32,000 nucleotides of DNA, from assembly GCF_023169545.1 (NCBI RefSeq), contig NZ_AP019769.1:120001-152000 (forward strand), in the 5' to 3' direction. The notes beneath the pieces are model-generated. The model saw only the letters and a list, made by a program, of their open reading frames with translations. It was not told where the DNA came from and ran no database searches. Shown one piece after another: positions 18,679 to 27,116 of the stretch (position 1 is its first letter; every line of letters starts with the position of its first letter). The position numbers and the translations under genes were made by a program. Source of the DNA: Nanobdella aerobiophila (GTDB taxonomy: Archaea; Nanobdellota; Nanobdellia; Nanobdellales; Nanobdellaceae).

Positions 18679-19461
18679 TTGATGGATATTAATATAGATA
18701 ATCTGGATTTTTTAAGGAAAATTTTAAAACAGGATTTAAGATTAGATAATAGGAATTTATTGGAATATAGAAAAATAAATAAAATAGATAATTATACAAT
18801 AAATGCTGAAGGATCTTGTTATCTAGAATTAGGAAATACAAAAGTTTTATCCGGAGTAAAATTAGAGATATCTGAACCATATGAAGATAAGGAAGGTATT
18901 TTTATAAATAATGTAGAATTTTCTCAAGTTTCTGATTCAAATGTAGATCCGGCTTCAGAAGAAGTTATAGAATTTTCTAGAGTTGTAGATAGAGTAATTA
19001 GAGAATCTGGGTTTATAGATACAAAAAAATTAGTAATAGATGATAAAAATGTTTGGACTATATATTTAGATACTTATGTATTGAATAATGATGGCAATAT
19101 AATAGATGCAGCAGTATTATCATCAATATTAGCATTAAGAAATACAAGATTTCCAAAATTAGAAAAAGAAAATGACAAATACATTATAAATTATAAAGAA
19201 AAAACAGATAAAAGATTACCATTAAATGAAAATAAAATTCCAATTATGGTAACATTCGCTAAGATAGATAATAAGTTTATATTAGATCCAAATAAATATG
19301 AAGAGGAGGCTGCAGATTTTATAATACATATAGGATTAACAGATAATATAAATGCGCTACAAACTAGGAAATCCGGCTCTATATCTTTAGAAGAATTTGA
19401 TTATTTATTGAATAAGGCTAAAGATTTTAAAGAATATTTAATAAGAAAATACTATGAGTAA
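18679..19461 (+). CDS. rrp42: Exosome complex RNA-binding (RNase PH-like) subunit Rrp42
   Basis: 'DLRLDNRNLLEYRKINKI', 'AEGSCYLELGNTKVLSGVKLEI', 'VVDRVIRESGFIDTKKLVI', 'VWTIYLDTYVLNNDGNIIDAAVLSSILALRNTRFP'. Confidence 0.92.
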   Translation: MMDINIDNLDFLRKILKQDLRLDNRNLLEYRKINKIDNYTINAEGSCYLELGNTKVLSGVKLEISEPYEDKEGIFINNVEFSQVSDSNVDPASEEVIEFSRVVDRVIRESGFIDTKKLVIDDKNVWTIYLDTYVLNNDGNIIDAAVLSSILALRNTRFPKLEKENDKYIINYKEKTDKRLPLNENKIPIMVTFAKIDNKFILDPNKYEEEAADFIIHIGLTDNINALQTRKSGSISLEEFDYLLNKAKDFKEYLIRKYYE

Positions 19462-19651
19462 TAATTCAAGATTCGCGATAGCTAGGTTAATAGGTGCAAG
19501 GGCATTACAAATATCTATGGGGGCTCCGATAATGGTTAAATTATCTAAAGAAGATTTAGAAAGAATAAATTATAATCCTGTAAAAATTGCAATGATAGAA
19601 TATGAAAAAGGAGTATTACCATTAAGAGCATCTTTTAAAGAAAAATTATAG
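19454..19651 (+). CDS. rpoK: DNA-directed RNA polymerase subunit K (Rpb6-like)
   Basis: 'RFAIARLIGARALQISMGAPIMVKL...IAMIEYEKGVLPL'; overlaps rrp42 by 8 nt. Confidence 0.9.
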   Translation: MSNNSRFAIARLIGARALQISMGAPIMVKLSKEDLERINYNPVKIAMIEYEKGVLPLRASFKEKL

Positions 19652-20176
19652 TTTAAATAAAAAATACTTTTCAGGTAAATTAACACCTTTTTTATTAAAT
19701 TTTTTTAATGTACTATATTTTTTTTTAATTTTCTTTAAAGTATCTTTTTCTTGTTTATCTTCTTTTGATAATTTATGATATATTTTATTTAGATTATTTA
19801 TATATACTTTTTCTTTTTTATCTTCCGGATCATTATACTGGTTTAATTGCTTTAATAACATTTTTAAATATTTTATCATATTTTCTATATCTTTTTCTTC
19901 ATATTCGATATTTTTCTCAGATTGAATAATGTCTCTTTCCAATATATTTAGTTCATTTATCATTCTTGGATCTTGTTTCTTTAATTCTACATTATATCTT
20001 TTCATTTCTGATTTTATTCTATCTTTATATTTTTTTATCATTTCAAATTGCTGCCTTATTTGTCTAAATCTATTAGATAGTTGTAGATTAAGTTTCTTGT
20101 AATATTGTATTTTTTTAGGATTGATTTTTATATTCCTGCTTCCCTTTTTAAAAATCTTTGGTATATTTATTCTCAT
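19646..20176 (-). CDS. Hypothetical coiled-coil protein
   Basis: Highly charged helical protein. The track ORF extends to 20242 into the tRNA. Start at 20176 (MRINIPKIFKK) is supported by the TATA-like 'tttatattta' on the minus strand at about 20199-20208. Confidence 0.6.
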   Translation of the reverse strand: MRINIPKIFKKGSRNIKINPKKIQYYKKLNLQLSNRFRQIRQQFEMIKKYKDRIKSEMKRYNVELKKQDPRMINELNILERDIIQSEKNIEYEEKDIENMIKYLKMLLKQLNQYNDPEDKKEKVYINNLNKIYHKLSKEDKQEKDTLKKIKKKYSTLKKFNKKGVNLPEKYFLFKL

Positions 20177-20211
20177 ATTTAGTTCTAACCCCATTTTTAA
20201 ATATAAATTTT

Positions 20212-20284
20212 TGGGACCGCGGGGATTCGAACCCCGGACCACTGCCTAGTCAGGGCAGCATCATAGCCACTAGACTACGGTCCC
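20212..20284 (-). tRNA. tRNA-Val (anticodon GAC)
   Basis: Minus strand GGGACCG-TA-GTCTAGTGGCTATGAT-G-CTGCC-CTGACTA-GGCAG-TGGTC-CGGGG-TTCGAAT-CCCCG-CGGTCCC-A. All acceptor, anticodon and T-stem pairs are complete; no encoded CCA and no intron. Confidence 0.95.
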
Positions 20285-20297
20285 TATCAAAAATAAT

Positions 20298-20564
20298 TTA
20301 ATATATTATTTTAAAATCTTTATATTTCTGATCTTTTATTTCTATTTCATCTATTTTGTCCACTCTAGCTCTTTCAGGCCCCCTCTTACACAATTCAATT
20401 ATATTATATATATCCATTTGATTTCCTTCAAATACAGCTTCTACAGTTCCATCTGGATTATTTTTTACATATCCTTTTATATTATATCTTAATGCATTTC
20501 TATATATAAAATTTCTAAATCCAACTCCCTGTACTTTTCCATATATTATAACCTTCTTTGCCAT
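20298..20564 (-). CDS. acyP: Acylphosphatase
   Basis: 'VIIYGKVQGVGFRNFIYRNALRYNIKGYVKNNPDGTVEAVFEG'. Confidence 0.93.
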   Translation of the reverse strand: MAKKVIIYGKVQGVGFRNFIYRNALRYNIKGYVKNNPDGTVEAVFEGNQMDIYNIIELCKRGPERARVDKIDEIEIKDQKYKDFKIIY

Positions 20565-20692
20565 AAATTTTATTTATAGAAAAGTTTTAATTCGATAATT
20601 TTTGTTTAAACTTTTTTTATTATTTAAAAATTACTTTAAGATTGATTTTATTATATAATATTTAAAAGTTTTACTTTATAATAATAGAAATC

Positions 20693-20713
20693 ATGGAAAG
20701 TCGGAATGTATAA
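20693..20713 (+). other. Short uORF (MESRNV*) upstream of asnS
   Basis: atg gaa agt cgg aat gta taa, located after the TATA-like 'atatttaaaag' (20657-20667); overlaps the first candidate asnS ATG in another frame. Confidence 0.3.
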
Positions 20714-22058
20714 TTTTATGATGAAAGAAACATATATAAAAGATATTTTAAAAGAAGATTTAGTTGGAAAGGAAGTTTCTATAAAAGGTTGGGTTTATAG
20801 AATGAGAGATATGAAGGATAAGGTATTTTTCGTAATAAGAGATCCTACAGGCATAATACAAGCAGTTGTAAAAAAAGATAATGTTAATGAGAATATATGG
20901 AATGATGCCCTAAAGTTTCAAATTGAGGGATCTCTAGAATTGAAAGGAATATTAAAAAAAGATGAGAGGGCACCTACTGGGTACGAAATAGAAGTAAAGG
21001 ATATAAAAGTATATGATTATGGGCAACCATTTCCATTAAAGGGAGATGAAGAGATAGATACTATACAAAAATATAGACATTTATGGATAAGAACAAAGTG
21101 GTTTGTAGATATATTAAAAGTAAAACACAGTTTGTTAAAAAATTTAAGAGAGTGGTATATAAATGATGGATGGTATGAGGTGCAACCACCAATCTTAGTT
21201 GGTAATGCGGCAGAAAATACGACAGAATTATTTGAAGTAAAATACTTTGATCAAAAAGCTTATTTATCGCAATCTGCACAATTATATTTAGAAGCATTGA
21301 TATTTTCTCTGGGGAAAGTATATTCTTTAACACCATCGTTTAGAGCAGAATTTTCTAGAACGAAAAGACATTTACATGAATATTGGCATTTTGAAATTGA
21401 GGCTGCTTGGTATCATTTAGAAGATCTAATAAAAGCAGTAGAAGAATCATTAAAATATTCTATAGAAAAGACAATAGAAGAGAGAAAATCAGAATTTGAA
21501 GATTTAAAAAGTATAACTGGTAGAGATATTAAAGAATTAAAAGATTTTGTGGAAAAACCATGGAAAATATTAAAATATGAAGATGGAATTAAAAAATTAA
21601 AAGATTTAGGCATAAATATAAGATACGGAGACGATCTGGGATCTGATGAGGAAAGAATATTAACTCAGCAATTTGATGTACCAATATTCTTGACATATTA
21701 TCCAAGAGAAGTAAAAGCATTTTATATGTATGAGAATGGTGATGGAACAGTAAAAAATTTTGATCTATTAGCACCGGAAGGATATGGAGAAATTATTGGT
21801 GGATCTGAAAGAGAATGGAGATATAATATTTTGGATCAAAAAATAAAAGAGTGGAAATTAGATTCATTAAAGATAGAAGTTGGCAATGAAGAAATTGATG
21901 CATATGAATGGTATAAAGATTTAAGAAGATATGGTTCAGTACCACATTCAGGGATGGGACTCGGTCTAGAAAGATTTACAAGATGGATATGCAAAATGGA
22001 TCATATAAGAGATACCTTGGCATTCCCAAGATTAAGAGGAGGCTGGCTATATCCATAA
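20706..22058 (+). CDS. asnS: Asparaginyl-tRNA synthetase (archaeal class IIb)
   Basis: OB-fold 'LVGKEVSIKGWVYRMRDMKDKVFFVIRD', 'SQSAQLYLEALIFSLGKVYSLTPSFRAE.SRTKRHLHEYWHFEIE', 'APEGYGEIIGGSEREWRY', 'GLGLERFTRWI'. True start may be 20718 or 20721. Confidence 0.88.
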   Translation: MYNFMMKETYIKDILKEDLVGKEVSIKGWVYRMRDMKDKVFFVIRDPTGIIQAVVKKDNVNENIWNDALKFQIEGSLELKGILKKDERAPTGYEIEVKDIKVYDYGQPFPLKGDEEIDTIQKYRHLWIRTKWFVDILKVKHSLLKNLREWYINDGWYEVQPPILVGNAAENTTELFEVKYFDQKAYLSQSAQLYLEALIFSLGKVYSLTPSFRAEFSRTKRHLHEYWHFEIEAAWYHLEDLIKAVEESLKYSIEKTIEERKSEFEDLKSITGRDIKELKDFVEKPWKILKYEDGIKKLKDLGINIRYGDDLGSDEERILTQQFDVPIFLTYYPREVKAFYMYENGDGTVKNFDLLAPEGYGEIIGGSEREWRYNILDQKIKEWKLDSLKIEVGNEEIDAYEWYKDLRRYGSVPHSGMGLGLERFTRWICKMDHIRDTLAFPRLRGGWLYP

Positions 22059-22090
22059 GTTTTTAAATATTCTTTATATTTTTATTATAT

Positions 22091-22474
22091 ATGGGTAGCT
22101 ATTCAAAAGATGAACTGAAGATATATATTGATATAGATGTTGTAAAAGGAAAGGAATTAAATGAACTTTTAGAATATATACTTAATAGTTATAAACCATT
22201 AGATGAAGTAAATAAAAGTTTATTTAATCAGTTTAATAAATATAAAGGTTCTGTAGATTATATCGTAGAGAATATTAATAGGCTAGAGGTAACTGCAGGT
22301 ATCTATAAATTAGAGTGTAGTAAGCTTTTTAGAGATCATTCATTAGACTATTATAAGTGCTATTTTAAAGTTAGTGGAGGGAAAACTCTCGATTCAAAAT
22401 GGATAAAAGCAGGTTCTTTATCTTCGCTGTTAGAAACATATATTAAGGAACTGAAATCTATTTATAACCAGTAA
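22091..22474 (+). CDS. Hypothetical protein
   Basis: 127-aa ORF with coding-like composition; no motif recognised. Confidence 0.55.
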   Translation: MGSYSKDELKIYIDIDVVKGKELNELLEYILNSYKPLDEVNKSLFNQFNKYKGSVDYIVENINRLEVTAGIYKLECSKLFRDHSLDYYKCYFKVSGGKTLDSKWIKAGSLSSLLETYIKELKSIYNQ

Positions 22475-23171
22475 ATATCTCTATAAATATATTTTTTATA
22501 TTATTTTCTTTCAACATCCTAAGCATAGATATAGAAAAGTTGGTGGATCCACATATATAGAAATCATAAGAATCTAGATTATTAATATATTTTTTTAATA
22601 ATTCCATGTTTATATGGCTGTTTTCATAGTTATCTACCTTTTCTCTTGTTATAGTTAATATCAGATCTATCTTTGATTTTTTTAGTTCATCTAAATATAC
22701 TGCATCTTTAAAATATTTTACAGAATAGAATAATTTTATATTATAATCTAAATTGTTTTTTACAATATATCTTATATCTGATAAAAATGGTGCAATACCT
22801 ATCCCGCCTGCAATCATTACTATATTTTTATTCTTTTTTAATGATAGATTACCGCCATATGGACCTTCAATATATACAAGATCTCCTTCTTTTAAATTTC
22901 TCATATTTTTCTTGTAATCACTCTCAGATAAAGTAGAAATTATAGATATACAATTATCAGTAGGTATGGAAATTATAGAAAATTCCCTAAGTTCATTATT
23001 TATATATAACCTTATGAACTGTCCCGGTATAAAGTCTATTACCTTTTCGAATCCCAATTCTATAATATTATCATTTAGTAATTTTTTGTATATTACTTTA
23101 GCCTCTTTCATAAAAATTCTATATTTTATAAAAGCTTTATATTTTTTATAGAAGGATTGGAATATATGCAA
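22458..23171 (-). CDS. FAD/NAD(P)-binding oxidoreductase (ferredoxin reductase-like)
   Basis: 'FIPGQFIRLYI...REFSIISIP', 'EGDLVYIEGPYGG', 'NIVMIAGGIGIAPFLSDIRY', 'YDFYICGSTNFS'. The start may be internal (MKEAKVIYKK). Confidence 0.85.
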   Translation of the reverse strand: MHIFQSFYKKYKAFIKYRIFMKEAKVIYKKLLNDNIIELGFEKVIDFIPGQFIRLYINNELREFSIISIPTDNCISIISTLSESDYKKNMRNLKEGDLVYIEGPYGGNLSLKKNKNIVMIAGGIGIAPFLSDIRYIVKNNLDYNIKLFYSVKYFKDAVYLDELKKSKIDLILTITREKVDNYENSHINMELLKKYINNLDSYDFYICGSTNFSISMLRMLKENNIKNIFIEIFTGYK

Positions 23172-23373
23172 AGACTTTTGAGAATTACATTAGTATAGAC
23201 ACCTTTTCAGCATTTTCTAGAGTAATATTAAATTTAACATTTATATAGAGAACTTTACTACTGTTTTAAATGTAAATAATTTTTTATTATATAATTTTTA
23301 TTGATATTTTAGTTTATATCTTTATATAGTGATTATTAAATATATAGAAATTTATAAAAAATGTTTACTGTGA

Positions 23374-23399
23374 TGTACAAAAATTAATATTTTTGTACA
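23374..23399. promoter_or_regulatory. Perfect 11-bp inverted repeat with 4-nt spacer
   Basis: TGTACAAAAAT-TAAT-ATTTTTGTACA immediately upstream of the 23409 ATPase fragment. Confidence 0.5.
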
Positions 23400-23408
23400 C
23401 TATATTAT

Positions 23409-23740
23409 GTGAACATAACTGAAATACTGATACTGATAAGACAAAAGAATGAATTAAATTATATTTATTCACAAGAATTATTAGATAGAGAATATCATAT
23501 TGATATAAATACAGATATTATAAAAGTAATAACTGGCATTAGAAGATCTGGTAAAAGTACTTTAGCATTATTATCATTAAAAGATAAAAATTTTGGATAT
23601 ATAAATTTTGATGAAAGAGAGCTATTAAATTTTAATTTAACAGATATAGAAAATCTTATTTTTTGATGGAATACATATCCTAGATGCCCCGGGGTTCTGC
23701 TTTGGAGGTTGAAAAGGTATGTGGTAATAATATAGATGAT
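23409..23740 (+). pseudogene. Truncated AAA_14/DUF4143-type ATPase (Walker A part only)
   Basis: 85-aa ORF 'IDINTDIIKVITGIRRSGKSTLALLSLKDKNFGYINFDERELLNF' ends at 23666. A shifted frame continues as 'LFFDGIHIL', resembling Walker B 'LFFDEIHNL', then decays. Confidence 0.75.
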
Positions 23741-24130
23741 GGAAACAATTTATATCCTGTTTTTTAAGATTATATAATTATTTGAAAGATTTTCCTGCTA
23801 TTAAAATAAACTATAGATCAGAAAGTGTATTTAATAAATATAATATCAGGTTATTGTTCGGTTTTAAATATAATGGTTCTAATATTTATTAACTTTAATT
23901 ATATCATATAAATATTTTAATTATATATTTTTTTTAGGATCGATAAATATCAATGTGCTAATTTTTATATCCATTGTTTCTACATAGTATTATTAGAATA
24001 AATCCTTTTTTCAATGCCAAATTAAATAATATCTTTGGATTAAACTCTTTAATAGTAAAATTCCTTATAAAATTATAATTTATAAATATCTTTGGATTAT
24101 AAATCCAGATCATTTATAAATAGTTATTGA

Positions 24131-25303
24131 ATACAATTCTATATAGGTATACTAAAAGATATAACTTATGATTATGTAAATTCATCAAAATATATAAAAG
24201 AAATAAAAAGGAATATAGAAATAAAAGAATCCTTAGATATAATCGCATTAATAGGACCTAGAAGAGTAGGAAAGACAACAATTATGCTAAAAAAAAAAGA
24301 ATTATTAGAAAATGATGAACAGGCTATTTATGTTTCTTTCGATAATCTATATTTATTCAATTTAGATATAAGGAAATTTGCCTAGATGATAAGATCTGAA
24401 TATCCAGAAGGAAAAGTATATTTATTTTTAGATGAGATTCAAGAGTGGAAGAATTGGGATTATAATATAAGGTGGTTGCATGATGTAAAGGACTTTTTCC
24501 TATATATATCCGGGTCTTCTTCTACTCTTCAGTCTTCTGAAATTCCAACAAAATTAAGGGGAAGATATATTTCAAAAATTATTTTTCCAATATCCTTTAA
24601 AGAACTTATAAATTTTGAAGTAGAAGATTTTAGGCATATTGGAAAGATATACAATTTATTAGAAGAATATATAAGATGGGGAGGATTTCCGGAACTAATA
24701 TTATATAAAGATATTGAGAAATTAAATTCTTTATTAGAAACAGTATTTTATAGAGATATAATTGAAAGAAATAAAATAAGAAATATTGATGTATTCAGGA
24801 TAATATCTAGATTTATTTTATCTAATTATTCAAATACTTTTACATATAATTCATTAAAAAATTATTTGAGGTCTTTTAATATAAATATAGATGTAAAAAC
24901 AATAATAAAGTACATTGAGGCTATGAGAAAATATTTTTTATTATTTACTTTAGAGAGGTTTTCATACTCAGAAAAGAAAAAGTTGATTTCTCCCAAAAAA
25001 ATATATTTAATTGATACTTCTTTTACAAGTATATTTAATCAAGGAGAAGATATCGGAAGAAAAATGGAAAATATTGTTTTTATTGAGCTATTAAGAAGAG
25101 AAAATTATTTACCAGAAGAAAATATTTTAATAGAAGTAACTTATAGTATAGATAAAGAACATGAGAAAAAAGTATTGAGTGCTATGTATGAATTAAAATG
25201 TAAAAATAGTATAATAATTACTTGGGATTATGAGGATAATAAAACAATAAACAATTTAAATATTAAATTTATTCCTTTATGGAAATGGCTACTAAATTTA
25301 TGA
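24131..25303 (+). pseudogene. AAA_14/DUF4143-type ATPase interrupted by an in-frame TAG
   Basis: Frame 24131-24382 encodes '...ESLDIIALIGPRRVGKTTIMLKKKELLENDEQAIYVSFDNLYLFNLDIRKFA', TAG at 24383-24385, then the same frame continues 'MIRSEYPEGKVYLFLDEIQEWKNW...SGSSSTLQSSEIPTKLRGRYISKI'. No ATG before Walker A in the open stretch. Confidence 0.85.
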
Positions 25304-25600
25304 GTATATTTAAGCTATGAAAATAATAAAAATAACCAGATAGGCAATAAAATTTATTTTTAGTTATAGTGAATTTTATTCCATCAAAATCCTTTAATAT
25401 ACTTATAATTCATTTCTAAAATTTCCAGGCTGTTCATTATAATTATTTTACTCTTATATATAATACAAAACTATAATATAATTAATTTGATCCGTATATG
25501 GAAGGGAGATTCATTAAATTAATCCTATTGGGATTAAAAAATTCATAAAAATTGTTCCTTTAAGACACAATTTATATAACTTTTAATTAAATAATATATT

Positions 25601-26842
25601 ATGATCGAAGATTATCTAATAGGTGTAAAAAGAGAAATTAATGAATTAAATATATATCCTAGAGAATTAGAAATAGATGTTGAATACCCTATTGCAATTA
25701 TAGGTCCAAGAAGATCTGGTAAAAGTTTTTATTTATACTATTTAATAAAAAAATTAAATTTAAAAGAAGATGATTATTTATTTGTAAATTTCGAAGAATA
25801 CGAAATAAAAAATGTAAATTTTTTAGATATAATAAATAAACATATAGAAATATATAAGAAAGAACCTAAATACATTTTTTTAGATGAAATACAAAATTTA
25901 AATAATTGGCAGGATTTTTTATATTCATTAGTAGAGAGGAAAAAATATAAAATAATTATAACAGGTTCTTCATCAAAATTATTATCGAAAGAAGTTGCAA
26001 CAAATTTAAGGGGTAGATTCATTAGTAAAATATTATTACCATTATCATTTAGAGAATATTTATCATTCAAAAAAGTAAATATAATAAGACCTTTATACGA
26101 TAAAGAAATATCAAAAATTAAAGGATATTTATATGATTATTTAAAAAATGGGGGATTTCCCGATATTATATTAGAGAAAGTTAATAAAAAAGAATTTATA
26201 AAGGAATATATAGATATATTATTATATAAAGATTTTATTGAAAGATATAAAATTGAAAATATTGAAGTTGCAAGATTTTTGTTATACGCATTAATCCAAT
26301 CTAATAGTAAAATTTTATCAGTAAATAAAATTTATAATCAATTAAAGCAAATAACTAGAGTCAGTAATAAAACAGTAAGGAAATATATTTATTTATTTCC
26401 TGAAACTTTATCCATATTTTTATTAAAAAAATTTTCTTATTCTATTAAGAAAACATACTTGTCGCAACCAAAGATATATTTATCAGATATATCTTTAGAT
26501 CAAGAAGAGAATGGTATTGGTAGAAAAATGGAAAATATAGTATTCTTAGAGTTTATTAGACAAAATTTAATTGATAATATTTATTACTTTCATACAAATG
26601 AGGGATATGAAATAGACTTTTTAATTAAAGAAGGAAATAATATAAAACAATTAATACAAGTATCATATATTAATAATTATGATGAAATAGATAAAAGAGA
26701 AATAAGATCATTATTAAAAGGATATAATTTATTTAATAAACCAGAATTATTAATTATAACTTGGGATTATGAGGACACAAAAATTATAGATAATGTAAAT
26801 ATTAAATTTATACCTTTATATAAGTGGTTATTAAATATATAA
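25601..26842 (+). CDS. AAA_14/DUF4143-type ATPase, intact
   Basis: Walker A 'IIGPRRSGKSFYLYYL', Walker B 'KYIFLDEIQNLNNW', 'TGSSSKLLSKEVATNLRGRF', C-terminal 'GYEIDFLIKEGNNIKQLIQVSY'. Confidence 0.93.
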   Translation: MIEDYLIGVKREINELNIYPRELEIDVEYPIAIIGPRRSGKSFYLYYLIKKLNLKEDDYLFVNFEEYEIKNVNFLDIINKHIEIYKKEPKYIFLDEIQNLNNWQDFLYSLVERKKYKIIITGSSSKLLSKEVATNLRGRFISKILLPLSFREYLSFKKVNIIRPLYDKEISKIKGYLYDYLKNGGFPDIILEKVNKKEFIKEYIDILLYKDFIERYKIENIEVARFLLYALIQSNSKILSVNKIYNQLKQITRVSNKTVRKYIYLFPETLSIFLLKKFSYSIKKTYLSQPKIYLSDISLDQEENGIGRKMENIVFLEFIRQNLIDNIYYFHTNEGYEIDFLIKEGNNIKQLIQVSYINNYDEIDKREIRSLLKGYNLFNKPELLIITWDYEDTKIIDNVNIKFIPLYKWLLNI

Positions 26843-27116
26843 TAATTTTGATAAATTTAATATCTCTAAAGCTCATATTGAAATAAAAAATTATGAGAAT
26901 TGAATCAAAAAACTTTTTTGAACAAGCTATGACTTGAAAAAATTCACCAAAAGTTATCGCTATATTAGGTATATAATAAAGAAGCAATAGAGTTAAAAGA
27001 ATGGATAAAAGAGTAATTGAGATAAAAGATAAAATTAAAGAAAAACTAGAAGATTTCTAATCATGTATGTTTATAAATGAAAGGTTTCTTATGCTGTAAA
27101 AGAAGATATAGAGATA

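Noticed and set aside
18689-18880. Minus-strand 63-aa ORF
   Set aside because: Antisense to rrp42.
20176-20242. N-terminal extension MVRGSNPRGPK... of ORF 19646-20242
   Set aside because: It is a translation of the tRNA-Val T-arm and acceptor stem.
21061-21774. Minus-strand ORFs 21061-21336, 21413-21613, 21589-21774
   Set aside because: Antisense to asnS, no independent support.
22966-23151. Plus-strand 61-aa ORF
   Set aside because: Antisense to the FAD/NAD oxidoreductase gene.
25503-25560. Short hairpin AATCC-TATTG-GGATT upstream of the intact ATPase
   Set aside because: Only 5-bp arms in AT-rich DNA; could easily occur by chance.
25774-26070. Minus-strand 98-aa ORF
   Set aside because: Antisense to the intact AAA_14 ATPase.
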